Of a stretch of DNA of 64,000 nt, positions 51,676 through 62,300 are shown piece by piece (the first letter of the stretch is position 1; each line of letters begins with the position of its first letter). This DNA is from a bacterium (GTDB lineage Bacteria > Omnitrophota > Gorgyraeia > Zapsychrales > Zapsychraceae), in assembly GCA_030429765.1 (NCBI GenBank), contig JAUIER010000008.1, forward strand, positions 83,403-147,402, in the 5' to 3' direction. The translations under genes were made by a program, and so were the position numbers. The notes beneath the pieces were generated by a model. That model did not search any database. It was not told where the DNA came from and saw nothing but the letters and a program-made list of their open reading frames with translations.

Positions 51676-53148
51676 GTGCCATTCACAACGATGCTGAAAC
51701 TGCTTCATAGTTACAAGACAGAGAGTTTTTACGACGAGATGTTTACGTCAGACGGCGACGTCCGTCCGGCCTACCGGTTTTTTCTGGATCAGCTGGAAGG
51801 ATTCTCGCTGGATGAACTCAAGGCCAAACAATGCTCGGCCGATAAATCCTACATATCGATGGGGATTACATTTAATGTGTATCACGACGGAGCGGGGGTC
51901 GAACGCACGCTGCCGTTTGATCTGTTTCCGCGCATCATTCCGAGTGACGAATGGGATGTCATTAATCGTGGTCTGATTCAGCGCGTCATCGCCATTGACC
52001 GCTTTATCGATGACATCTACGGCAAACAGCAAATCCTCAAGGACAAGATCGTCCCCGAAGAGATCGTCAAGACATCATCCGGTTATCTGCCGGCGTGTGA
52101 GGGGCTTAAGCCGCCGCAGCAGCGCTGGGCGCATGTGAGCGGGATCGACCTGATCAAGCACGGCGACGGACAAATCTATGTGCTCGAAGACAATTGCCGG
52201 GTACCGTCGGGCGTATCGTATGTGCTGGAAAACCGCGAGATCATGAAGCGGGCCTTTCCGTTTATCTTTCAGCAGATCAAGGTGCGGCCGATCAGCGATT
52301 ATCCCTTAAAATTACGCGAGAGTCTGGAGTTTCTGTCGGAACGGGACAACCCGACGGTGGTGGTGCTGACGCCGGGTATTTACAATTCAGCCTATTTTGA
52401 ACATTCGTTTTTGGCCCAGCAGATGGGGGCTGAGTTGGTTGAGGGTAAAGACTTGATGATCGAGAACGGCTATTGTTACATGCGCACCACTAAAGGATTG
52501 CAGCAGGTCGACGTGATCTACCGTCGATTGGATGATACGTTCATGGACCCTCAGGTATTCCGATCTGAGTCGGTGTTGGGTGTGGCCGGTTTGTTTGAGG
52601 CGTACCGGCGGGGCAACGTGGCCATTGCCAACGCCCCGGGCACCGGTGTGGCCGATGACAAGGTGATTTACGCCTACATGCCGGATATCATCCAGTACTA
52701 CACCGGCGAATCAGCCATCCTCCCGAATGTCCCGACCTATTTGTGTGCCCGTCCCGAAGATCTTCAGTATGTGGCTGAACACATCGATAAGTTGTGTGTG
52801 AAAGCAGCCGATCAGTCCGGCGGGTACGGTATGTTGATCGGGACCAAGTCCACCCGTAAAGAGCAGCGTGATTTTGTCGAGAAGATCAAGAACAATCCGC
52901 GCGGTTACATCGCCCAGCCGGTGATGCAGCTGTCCCGTGTGCCGACATTGATCGGCCGGCAATTGGAAGGACGTCACGTTGATTTGCGACCATACATACT
53001 ATACGGCGAGTCACCGTCGGTGATTCCCGGCGGGTTGAGCCGGGTGGCGCTTAAGAAAGGATCATTGGTGGTCAACTCATCCCAGGGCGGAGGGTCCAAA
53101 GACACCTGGGTGCTGGACACCGCCGAAAGTGAGGTCGACTATGCTTAG
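51676..53148 (+). CDS. Circularly permuted type 2 ATP-grasp protein (copy 1)
   Basis: GITFNVY, LEDN.RVPSGVSY, TPGIYNSAYFEH, GVADDK, VVNSSQGGGSKDTWV; start 51676 or 51691. Confidence 0.93.
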   Translation: MPFTTMLKLLHSYKTESFYDEMFTSDGDVRPAYRFFLDQLEGFSLDELKAKQCSADKSYISMGITFNVYHDGAGVERTLPFDLFPRIIPSDEWDVINRGLIQRVIAIDRFIDDIYGKQQILKDKIVPEEIVKTSSGYLPACEGLKPPQQRWAHVSGIDLIKHGDGQIYVLEDNCRVPSGVSYVLENREIMKRAFPFIFQQIKVRPISDYPLKLRESLEFLSERDNPTVVVLTPGIYNSAYFEHSFLAQQMGAELVEGKDLMIENGYCYMRTTKGLQQVDVIYRRLDDTFMDPQVFRSESVLGVAGLFEAYRRGNVAIANAPGTGVADDKVIYAYMPDIIQYYTGESAILPNVPTYLCARPEDLQYVAEHIDKLCVKAADQSGGYGMLIGTKSTRKEQRDFVEKIKNNPRGYIAQPVMQLSRVPTLIGRQLEGRHVDLRPYILYGESPSVIPGGLSRVALKKGSLVVNSSQGGGSKDTWVLDTAESEVDYA

Positions 53149-54106
53149 CCGTGTCGCTGATGCCATTTACTGGATGAGCCGATACATCGAACGGGCCGAG
53201 AACTACGCCCGCTTTGTCGACGTGAATTTTTTTCTGAATATGGATCTGCCTAAAACATTCGCGACGCAGTGGCAGCCGCTCATCGGAATCACCGGTGATG
53301 AACTGCTGTTTGAGTCCATCTATGGCGAGGTCTATTCTCAGGACAATGTGGTCGAGTTTCTGACATTCAATAAAGATAATCCGAGTTCGATTCTCAGCTG
53401 TCTGATTCGCGCGCGCGAGAACGCCCGCAGTATCCGTGAAATTATTTCGAGTGACATGTGGCGGCAGATCAATGAGATGTACTGGAATGTGAAGGATACA
53501 AATCTCACCAACAATCAGGATATCTCGGAGTTTTTTACGTTTATTAAACATGGGTCCCATTTGTTTCAGGGGATCATGGACTCGACGCTGATCCATAACG
53601 AGGCCTATCACTTTGCCAATTGCGGACGTTATATCGAACGGGCGGACAAGATTTCCCGTATTCTTGATATGAAATATTATTATCTGCTGCCGAGCCTGCA
53701 GGACGTGGGGACGCCGCTCGATTATCTGGAGTGGTCGGCGCTGCTGAAATCAGCCAGCGCGTACGAAGTCTATCGGAAAAAGTACGGACGACTGTATTTC
53801 AAAGATATTATCCAGTTTTTGATATTCGACCGGGAATTCCCGCGGGCGATTTATTTTTGTCTGCTGGATATTGATAAGTCGCTGCACACAATTTCCGATA
53901 CACGACTGGATACCTTTCAGAACCAGGCCGAGAAGGAAATGGGAAGGTTGATCTCACAGCTCACGTTTAATGACGTCGAGGATGTGATCCGGTTCGGCGT
54001 GCATGAATATTTAGATGATTTTCAGACCAAGTTGAATCACTTGGGGACGGCCATCACACAAACGTTTTTCGGGCAGGCCCGTATAAATCCAAAGGAGCAT
54101 GTATGA
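53141..54106 (+). CDS. Alpha-E domain protein (copy 1)
   Basis: MLSRVA..YW..RYIERAEN.AR, ARENAR, ERADK..RILD, FPR. Confidence 0.93.
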   Translation: MLSRVADAIYWMSRYIERAENYARFVDVNFFLNMDLPKTFATQWQPLIGITGDELLFESIYGEVYSQDNVVEFLTFNKDNPSSILSCLIRARENARSIREIISSDMWRQINEMYWNVKDTNLTNNQDISEFFTFIKHGSHLFQGIMDSTLIHNEAYHFANCGRYIERADKISRILDMKYYYLLPSLQDVGTPLDYLEWSALLKSASAYEVYRKKYGRLYFKDIIQFLIFDREFPRAIYFCLLDIDKSLHTISDTRLDTFQNQAEKEMGRLISQLTFNDVEDVIRFGVHEYLDDFQTKLNHLGTAITQTFFGQARINPKEHV

Positions 54107-54846
54107 CGTATTGTTTGGGCATTAAGGTCAAAGAGGGGCTTATCGGTTTGGCGGACACTCGGATCACATCCGGTAACCAGACGATTACAGCCAAGAAGGT
54201 AATTATCGAACAGAAGCGGGGCAGGCACGCGGTATTCCTGATGACGTCGGGGCTGCGGGCGTTAAGAGACAAGGCCATGACATATTTCAATGAGATTATC
54301 GAGGAGTCGGGCGTTGATTATCGCAAGCTGTACAAACTGGTTAATGCCTTCGGTGCGCAGATCCGGCGGGTCAGTCAGGAGGATCGTGAGGCGTTGCGTC
54401 AATCCAATTACATGTTTGATATTCACGCGCTGATTGCCGGGCAGCTCGAAGACGACAAGGAGCATAAGCTTTACATGATCTTTCCAGAGGGTAATTGGGT
54501 GGAGGTCGGTGAGGCGAATCCCTACTTTATCATCGGCAATACCAGTCATGGCAAACCGATCCTCGACCGGGTGCTGCGCAATGATTCCACCCTGGACTTC
54601 GCGCTCAAGGTGAGTTTTCTGTCCTTCAATGCCACGCAGGTGAGTTCCAATGATGTGGACTATCCGGTGGACGTGATCCTTTATCGCAAGGATAGTTTTT
54701 ATATGGTCGATCAGCGACTGACCCAGGAGCAGATGAATCAGTACAGCAGCTGGTGGCAAAAGCGTCTGGGGACCGCCATTGAAGAGTTTCCCAGCGATTG
54801 GGCGGAGGAATTAGTCAAGAAATACCAAGTCTCTCAGGAGCAATAG
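54103..54846 (+). CDS. Proteasome-type Ntn protease (Anbu-like)
   Basis: N-terminal M-T-Y-C with Thr nucleophile, DTR, PEGNW, GKPILDR. Confidence 0.88.
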   Translation: MTYCLGIKVKEGLIGLADTRITSGNQTITAKKVIIEQKRGRHAVFLMTSGLRALRDKAMTYFNEIIEESGVDYRKLYKLVNAFGAQIRRVSQEDREALRQSNYMFDIHALIAGQLEDDKEHKLYMIFPEGNWVEVGEANPYFIIGNTSHGKPILDRVLRNDSTLDFALKVSFLSFNATQVSSNDVDYPVDVILYRKDSFYMVDQRLTQEQMNQYSSWWQKRLGTAIEEFPSDWAEELVKKYQVSQEQ

Positions 54847-54882
54847 TGATAAGCTATATGTACCAAAGGGGGCACGCGAGAA

Positions 54883-55302
54883 TTGAACAACCGGAATATA
54901 ATCCAAATAGTGAGTGGTGTCACTTTAAGTGGATTATTGATAGGCGTGCTTCCGGTTAGTCTTTGGTATTTCACAGAGTTTGATGAATGGCTGATAAATT
55001 TATTCGGTAAATCTCCTGAGTATTCAAGGCTTCATCTCGTGATGGCAAGGAAGGCTTTGATAGCGGTTATGATCGCCGTAAGTTTTCTGATTTGCTATAA
55101 GCTTCGGAATATTAAACGGTATCTTGCCATCAGTTTACTTGCCTCAATTATTCCAGGAACAATTTTGATCCACAAATTCTGCATACATCCTTTGACAATT
55201 AGCGGAAGGTTACGTGTACCGTCTGATTATGTTCCAGAAAATATCGACAACTTTTACACGCCGGTAGAATCATTGGATTTGTCTGGTGGGGGATCAAAGT
55301 AG
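54883..55302 (+). CDS. Hypothetical membrane protein (AT-rich)
   Basis: Three hydrophobic segments. Confidence 0.5.
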   Translation: MNNRNIIQIVSGVTLSGLLIGVLPVSLWYFTEFDEWLINLFGKSPEYSRLHLVMARKALIAVMIAVSFLICYKLRNIKRYLAISLLASIIPGTILIHKFCIHPLTISGRLRVPSDYVPENIDNFYTPVESLDLSGGGSK

Positions 55303-55311
55303 ATATATAAA

Positions 55312-55788
55312 ATGGAAAAATTTAAGCGAGTTTCAAGCTTTGTAGGTATAGCGGTTGTGCTGTTGCCGGTACAAGCCCACGCCTGTCCCGGGTGCATGAT
55401 TATCCCGTCGAGTTCGCGGTTTAATCTGCTGGGATGGCTGTTTTGGCTGTCGTTGATCTACTGGGGAATTATGCTTATTAGCACGGCGGTGCGACAGGGT
55501 CAAAGAGGCCTGTCCCCGGAAGGGGACTGTCCCCTTTGGGGGACAAAGCTTGTTGTTGGTTGCGTGCTTTTGGCGCCATTCACCATGATGATGTCGGTGA
55601 TCGCCCTGCCGATCTTTACCTGTGTGCTGCAGGCCGTTCGGATCATCGTCAACCGGTCAAACTATACAAATCCCAGTTGGGCCGTCCGTTTGATCACGGC
55701 GTTTCAGTGGGTTGTCCTTGTCACCTTTGTGGTGATCTATATTGTCAAACCCGGCGGCGCGTTGCTGCCGTTGACCATAGGACATTAG
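55312..55788 (+). CDS. Hypothetical membrane protein
   Basis: Signal-like N-terminus, AHACPGC motif, several TMs. Confidence 0.55.
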   Translation: MEKFKRVSSFVGIAVVLLPVQAHACPGCMIIPSSSRFNLLGWLFWLSLIYWGIMLISTAVRQGQRGLSPEGDCPLWGTKLVVGCVLLAPFTMMMSVIALPIFTCVLQAVRIIVNRSNYTNPSWAVRLITAFQWVVLVTFVVIYIVKPGGALLPLTIGH

Positions 55789-55819
55789 TCGGCGCGTCGT
55801 GAATAGACAATTCGGTAAA

Positions 55820-56638
55820 TCAATACCGCGCATGGCCGCTCCAGTCCACCAGCCGATGCCGGAGACGGTTGATCCTGATGTTTAAATAAATTAACAAGGC
55901 CATGGAGAGGGGAAGGATGATGCCGGCCGTTTTTGTCAGCGTTCGCATAACCGGGCGATGTGTCTTGAGAACCTTGAGATCGGTCAGAAAGATGGTCTCG
56001 CAGTCGTCATCGGTCCGTGCAAAACTCGAACGGCGGATCAGTTGGCCTTTGTAGTAGTAGGACGACAGGAATCCCGACAGCCGGATCAGATCACCGGCGC
56101 GGATGTCGCGTAATTTTTGTTTGAGCGCGCGGTCATTGGTCAAAATATGATTGTGGCCGATGTGATCGGTCCGAAAATTGGCGTGAACGCGCGGCGCCAC
56201 CTCGTTATTTTTGGCCTTGGCGAAACACGTATATGCGCCTTGATTGAAGGTCATGTCTTGATAAATCCCCGTCGAGACATTGTGTCCCCAAATCAGACAC
56301 AGATCATTTACGTTAAGGGTGTCGCGAAAGCGCAGCCAGGGGAACAGCGCGGAGAGTACCGTTTTGTTGTTGGATGACACCACCATCCCGACCTGTTCAT
56401 AGAGAAAATGCGTCTGGAACATGAATTCTTTTTTACCGGCCACGACGGCGTACAGTTGCGGTTCGACCGGGATCTGCGCGGGCAGGTAGTTGACCTCATT
56501 CATCGCCGGAGATACAGGCGGAAGCTTGTTGATGTGCGGCTGAAGGCCCAGGCCGATCACCAGCGATCCGATCAGACATCCCACGCAGAGGCGGCGATAG
56601 CGTTTGAGGGTTTCAAATTGTTGTTTGACCGTGTCCAT
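55820..56638 (-). CDS. Hypothetical membrane-anchored protein
   Basis: TMs at both ends; DLCLIWG, HNHIL and RTDDDCE motifs; ATG at 56638 avoids the repeat. Confidence 0.65.
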   Translation of the reverse strand: MDTVKQQFETLKRYRRLCVGCLIGSLVIGLGLQPHINKLPPVSPAMNEVNYLPAQIPVEPQLYAVVAGKKEFMFQTHFLYEQVGMVVSSNNKTVLSALFPWLRFRDTLNVNDLCLIWGHNVSTGIYQDMTFNQGAYTCFAKAKNNEVAPRVHANFRTDHIGHNHILTNDRALKQKLRDIRAGDLIRLSGFLSSYYYKGQLIRRSSFARTDDDCETIFLTDLKVLKTHRPVMRTLTKTAGIILPLSMALLIYLNIRINRLRHRLVDWSGHARY

Positions 56639-56643
56639 CACAT

Positions 56644-56686
56644 ACCCGTTGCACAACCCCCCGGGGATTTGGAACCAGGTCTTAAA
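56644..56686 (+). repeat. Dispersed intergenic repeat, copy 10
   Basis: acccgttgcacaaccccccggggatttggaaccaggtcttaaa. Confidence 0.9.
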
Positions 56687-56810
56687 CCCGGTAGGTTGCT
56701 GAATTTTATTTATTTGTATTATTTTAAGCTGATTACGATATAATCAAAAGGTCGTAACAAGCACCCTTTAACTATAGGCGTTGCGTAAGCGCGCGTAAAG
56801 CAGACTTTCC

Positions 56811-58310
56811 GTGTTTTTAAACGATTACTCTCTCGACAATTTTTTCGATGAAATGGTGGATGATCAAGGTCAGGTCCGGTCCTGGTATCAGCAGTTTTAT
56901 GCCAAGATCAGTGATCTCGATCCCATCGAGCTACTCAGCCGTCAACAGGCCGCCGAACGGGCGTTCATGCTCATGGGGGTCACCTTCAATGTCTACAAAG
57001 AAGGGGCCGGTATTGAGAAGATCTTTCCATTTGATATCATCCCGCGCATTATCAACCATGAAGAATGGGCGGTCATCGACAAAGGCCTGCAGCAGCGCAT
57101 CCGCGCGCTGAATCTCTTCATTCACGACATTTACAACGATCAGAAGATTATCAAGGACAAGGTCGTCCCGCGGGAAATTATTGAGACCAGTCCGGGGTAT
57201 CTCAAGGAATGTATCGGCATCAAGCCGCCGCGCAATATCTGGTGTCATATTACCGGGACGGATTTGATCAAGCACAGCGACGGTCAGTACTATGTGTTGG
57301 AGGATAATTTACGAGTCCCGTCGGGGGTGTCGTATGTGTTGGGCAACCGCGATATCATGAAACGGACATTTCCCGAGGTCTTTGAATCACTCGGTGTGCG
57401 GCCCATTCATGACTATCCGCTGCAGCTATTGGAGATGCTGCAGTATCTGTATCGAAAGGAAAATCTGGTGGTTGCCGTTCTGACACCGGGCATCTACAAT
57501 TCTGCGTACTTTGAGCATTCATTTCTGGCCCAGCAGATGGGCGTTCAGCTCGTCGAGGGACGTGATCTGGTGGTCAAGGGTGGGTATGTTTATATGCGCA
57601 CCACCAAGGGTTTTGAGAAGGTGGACGTGATCTACCGGCGGATCGACAGTGAGTTTATTGACCCGCGAAAGTTCAGAGAAGATTCCGTACTGGGTGTCCC
57701 CGGGATCTTTGATGTGTGGAAACGCAAGCATGTCGCGCTGGCCAACGCGCTGGGAACCGGCGTGGCCGATGACAAGGTTGTTTACGTCTACGTGCCGCAG
57801 ATCATCAAGTATTATCTCGACGAGGACCCAATCGTGCAGAATGTCCCGACCTATCTGTGCTGGGAGCGGGACCAACGCGAACATGTGCTGGCTAACATCG
57901 CGACGATGGTGGTCAAGGAGGCCAACCAGTCAGGCGGTTATGGAATGCTCGTCGGCCCGGCATCCACGCGTGAGGAGCAGGACAAATTTAAGGAATTGAT
58001 CAAGGCCAATCCGCGCGAGTATATCGCGCAGCCCACCATGGCCCTATCGCGCGTTCCCACGATTGTGGGGGATCATCTGGAAGGACGTCACGTCGATCTT
58101 CGTCCGTACATCCTGTACGGGGAAGAGATCAAGGTGATGCCCGGCGGACTGACACGGGTGGCGTTAAAGAAGGGCTCACTCGTGGTCAATTCATCGCAGG
58201 GCGGCGGCAGCAAGGACACGTGGGTGTTGAACCATCCCAACCAAATGTCCGAGGATTATTCATCGGGTGAAAGTCAGTCTCAATCACAGAAACAGGCGGA
58301 GTCATGTTAA
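56811..58310 (+). CDS. Circularly permuted type 2 ATP-grasp protein (copy 2)
   Basis: Same motifs as copy 1; SQSQSQ tail. Confidence 0.93.
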   Translation: MFLNDYSLDNFFDEMVDDQGQVRSWYQQFYAKISDLDPIELLSRQQAAERAFMLMGVTFNVYKEGAGIEKIFPFDIIPRIINHEEWAVIDKGLQQRIRALNLFIHDIYNDQKIIKDKVVPREIIETSPGYLKECIGIKPPRNIWCHITGTDLIKHSDGQYYVLEDNLRVPSGVSYVLGNRDIMKRTFPEVFESLGVRPIHDYPLQLLEMLQYLYRKENLVVAVLTPGIYNSAYFEHSFLAQQMGVQLVEGRDLVVKGGYVYMRTTKGFEKVDVIYRRIDSEFIDPRKFREDSVLGVPGIFDVWKRKHVALANALGTGVADDKVVYVYVPQIIKYYLDEDPIVQNVPTYLCWERDQREHVLANIATMVVKEANQSGGYGMLVGPASTREEQDKFKELIKANPREYIAQPTMALSRVPTIVGDHLEGRHVDLRPYILYGEEIKVMPGGLTRVALKKGSLVVNSSQGGGSKDTWVLNHPNQMSEDYSSGESQSQSQKQAESC

Positions 58311-59257
58311 GTCGCGTCGCCAATTCGATTTACTGGATCAATCGCTATATTGAGCGGGCGGAAAACTATGCCCGTTTTGTTGATGTCAATCACCGTTTGA
58401 CGATGGACCTGCCGCCGGGTTTTCAGGAACAGTGGCGGCCTCTTGTCGAGACAACGGGTGATCATGAGATGTTTGAAAAGAAGTATGGCGAAGATTATTC
58501 TAAAGCCAATGTGGTGGACTTTCTGGTCTTTGATCGGGACAATCCCAATTCAATCTATTCGTGTTTGGCATCGGCCCGAGAGAACGCGCGCACGGTGCGT
58601 GAGATCATCTCGAGTGAGATGTGGCTGCAAATCAATTCATTGTACCTGCAGGTCAAGCAGGGGATTTCCGACGAGAGCTGGGACGAAAGCAATTTGACGG
58701 AGATGATGCAGGCCATCAAGATTGGCGGACACACCTTCAGCGGAATCATGGACGCCACGTATTCGCATGGGGAAGGCTGGCATTTCGGCACCATGGGCCG
58801 ACACTTCGAGCGGGCCGATAAAACAGCGCGCATTCTCGATATGAAATACTATTACTTGCTGCCCCGAGTCCAGGATGTCAATACACCGCTGGATCTGCTG
58901 CAGTGGTCGGCCTTGTTAAGGTCGGCGAGCGCGTACGAAATGTATCGTAAACAGCATGGCAATTTAAACGTGAAGAAGATTATCACCTTTCTGGCCCTTG
59001 ACCGTAATTTTCCGCGCTCGATGCATCATTGTCTGATCGAGGCCGAGCAGTCTTTGCATGAAATTACCGGAACGTCTATTTCATCATTTTCCACGCGGGC
59101 GGAAAAGGAGATTGGTTTGATGCGATCGGAGATGGATTACACGGACATTACGGATATCTTGAATCAGGGGCTTCATGAATATCTGGATGATTTTCAGACC
59201 AAGCACAATAGCGTCGGACAGGTGATTTTTGAGACTTTCTTCGCGATTCGCGACTAG
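58304..59257 (+). CDS. Alpha-E domain protein (copy 2)
   Basis: MLSRVAN.IYW..RYIERAEN, ARENAR, ERADKTARILD. Confidence 0.93.
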   Translation: MLSRVANSIYWINRYIERAENYARFVDVNHRLTMDLPPGFQEQWRPLVETTGDHEMFEKKYGEDYSKANVVDFLVFDRDNPNSIYSCLASARENARTVREIISSEMWLQINSLYLQVKQGISDESWDESNLTEMMQAIKIGGHTFSGIMDATYSHGEGWHFGTMGRHFERADKTARILDMKYYYLLPRVQDVNTPLDLLQWSALLRSASAYEMYRKQHGNLNVKKIITFLALDRNFPRSMHHCLIEAEQSLHEITGTSISSFSTRAEKEIGLMRSEMDYTDITDILNQGLHEYLDDFQTKHNSVGQVIFETFFAIRD

Positions 59258-59361
59258 CATCAATTTGTGTTTGCCGGGGGGCGGGCACGTAAACTCTTTA
59301 GAGGTTTTCCCATTGATCCAATTATTCAGTTTTTACGACATATCACTGATTGCACTCTAAC

Positions 59362-62300
59362 ATGTCCATCCACGTATCTCTTCATCATAAAACCACATAT
59401 AAGTACGAACGGCCGATTCAGTTGGGGCCGCAGATTATCCGTTTGAAACCGGCGCCGCATTCGCGTACGCCGGTATTGAGCTATTCGCTGAAGGTGTTTC
59501 CCGACGATCATTTCATTAATTGGCAGCAGGACCCGCAGGGCAATTATCTGGCGCGGCTGGTGTTTCCCAATAAGACGGATCTGTTTGACGTTGAGGTGTC
59601 CTTAACGGCTGACATGACGACGATCAATCCGTTTGATTTTTTCCTGCAGGAAAGCGCCGAGCAGTTTCCGTTTAAGTACGAGAAGTGGTTGTCCCATGAG
59701 CTCAAGCCGTTTCTGCACAAGCTCCCCGCCGAGCCGGCGTTTCAGCAGTTCCTTAAGAATATTTCCCGCAAACGCCAACCGACCAATGACTTTTTAGTGT
59801 ATCTCAATCAGATGCTTCAGCAGGAGATCAGTTATTTGATCCGACTGGAGCCCGGGGTGCAGACACCGGAAGAGACACTGACCAAGAAGTCCGGATCCTG
59901 CCGGGATTCGGCGTGGCTCTTGGTGCAACTGTTGCGGCATCTGGGATTGGCCGCTCGGTTTGTATCCGGCTACTTGATCCAGCTCAAGGCCGATGTCAAA
60001 TCGCTGGATGGTCCGTCGGGAACCGAGGAGGATTTTACCGACCTGCACGCCTGGGCGGAGGTCTATCTGCCCGGGGCCGGATGGGTGGGGCTGGATCCGA
60101 CATCAGGACTACTGACCGGTGAAGGGCATATCCCTTTGGTGGCCACGCCGGAACCGTCGTCGGCGGCACCGATTTCCGGGATGCTGGAGGCCTGCGAGAC
60201 CGACTTCAAACATGTCATGACAGTCACCCGGTTCCATGAGGATCCGCGTGTCACCAAACCCTATACTGATGATCAGTGGCAGCGCATTATGAAAATCGGT
60301 CATCAGGTCGATAAGGGGTTGGCCAAGGAGAAGGTCCACTTGACGATGGGCGGTGAGCCGACATTTGTTTCGATCGACGATATGGAAAGCGCGCAATGGA
60401 ACACGGCCGCGCTGGGCGAACACAAACGCCGGTTGTCCGGTGATTTGTTTCAGCGGTTGAAGCAACGCTGGACCACGGGCGCGTTGATCTATTCGGGGCA
60501 GGGCAAGTGGTATCCGGGCGAGCAATTGCCGCGCTGGGTGCTGGGGTGTTATTGGCGAAAAGACGGTAAGCCGTTGTGGAAGGATGAGGCCTTGTTCGCG
60601 GATGAGTCCCTAGGGTATTCCTTTGGACCGACGGATGCCGAAAATTTTGTGCGAACGCTGGCCAAGCGTTTAAAACTTGATCCGGACTTTGTGGTCCCGG
60701 GCTTCGAAGACTCGGCTTATTTTCTGTGGAAGGAACAGCGGCTGGCGGCGAATGTCGACGCGCTGGAGTCCAAGGTCAAAGATCCATTGGAACGTCGACG
60801 GCTCGCCAGGGTTTTTCAAAAAGATTTAGGTGAAGTTATCGGGTACGCACTGCCGATCGCCCGTGAAGGATTGGGGGCTTCTGAGCGTTGGACCAGCTGC
60901 GCCTGGACATTCAAATCCAAAAATATGTACTTGATTCCGGGCGACTCACCGATGGGCCTACGCATGCCGCTGGATTCGCTGCCGTGGTCGAGCCCCGACG
61001 ATGAACAGAAGATTTATGATCCCGATCCACTTAGACCCGTCGATGGTCCGTTGCCGGATGACGAGGACGGGGGCGATTCATCGTTGTTGTCCAAAAAAAA
61101 TCGTCCCAAAGTGAGGAAGGGGCAATCTGCCAAAGGGATTTTACATACCGCGCTGTGTGTGCAGGTTCGCGACGGACGCATGTATGTATTTTTGCCGCCG
61201 CTTGAAAGTTTTGACGATTACGCGCTGTTACTCAACCGGATCGAATCCACGGCCAAGGCGCTACAGATTCCGGTTGTGATCGAGGGGTACCCGCCGCCCT
61301 ATGACAGTCGAGTGGATTGTTTTAAGCTCACGCCGGATCCCGGCGTCATCGAGGTGAACGTTGCGCCCGTAAGCAGTTTTGATGAATTAACGAATCAGGT
61401 GAACTCGTTGTACGAGGAGGCCCGGTTGGCGCGGTTGGGCACAGAAAAGTTTATGCTCGACGGCCGGCATTCGGGAACAGGTGGTGGAAATCACATTGTA
61501 CTCGGCGGCCGTACCCCGGCCGAGAGTCCGTTCTTACGACGCCCCGATTTGCTGGCGAGTTTTGTGGCCTACTGGAATAATCATCCGTCGCTATCATATT
61601 TATTTTCGGGGTTGTTCATGGGGCCCACCAGCCAGGCGCCACGGGTGGACGAAGGACGTCGCGACAGTGTCTATGAACTGGAGATCGCGATCCGTCAGAT
61701 GAACCGGGAAATCGAAAAGTTCGGTCAGTGCCCGCCGTGGATGGTCGACCGGCTGTTTCGGCATCTGCTCATCGACGGGACGGGCAACACCCACCGCGCG
61801 GAGTTTTGTATCGACAAGCTCTTCTCGCCGGACTCGGCGACCGGACGCTTGGGGTTGGTGGAATTCAGGGGATTTGAAATGCCGCCGCATCCACGGATGA
61901 GTCTGCTGCAGCAATTCTTGATCCGGACGATGGTGCTGAAGTTCTGGAAGAATCCCTATAATGAACGATTGGTCCGCTGGGGTACCACGCTACATGACCG
62001 GTTTTTGCTGCCGCATTTTGTGCACGAAGACTTTGAAGATGTGCTGAGCGATATGAACAGTGACGGTTTTGATTTTGACATGGCCGACTTCGCGCCTCAT
62101 TTTGAGTTCCGTTTTCCGATCATTGGTCAAGTCAGCTACAACGATATCGGATTACAAATTCGAACGGCGATTGAACCCTGGTATGTGTTGGGTGAAGAAC
62201 CGGCCTCAGGCGCTACGGCGCGCTACGTCGATTCATCGGTGGAACGCCTGCAGCTCAAGGTCAGCGGCATGACGGACCCGCGTTTCATCGTATGCTGCAA

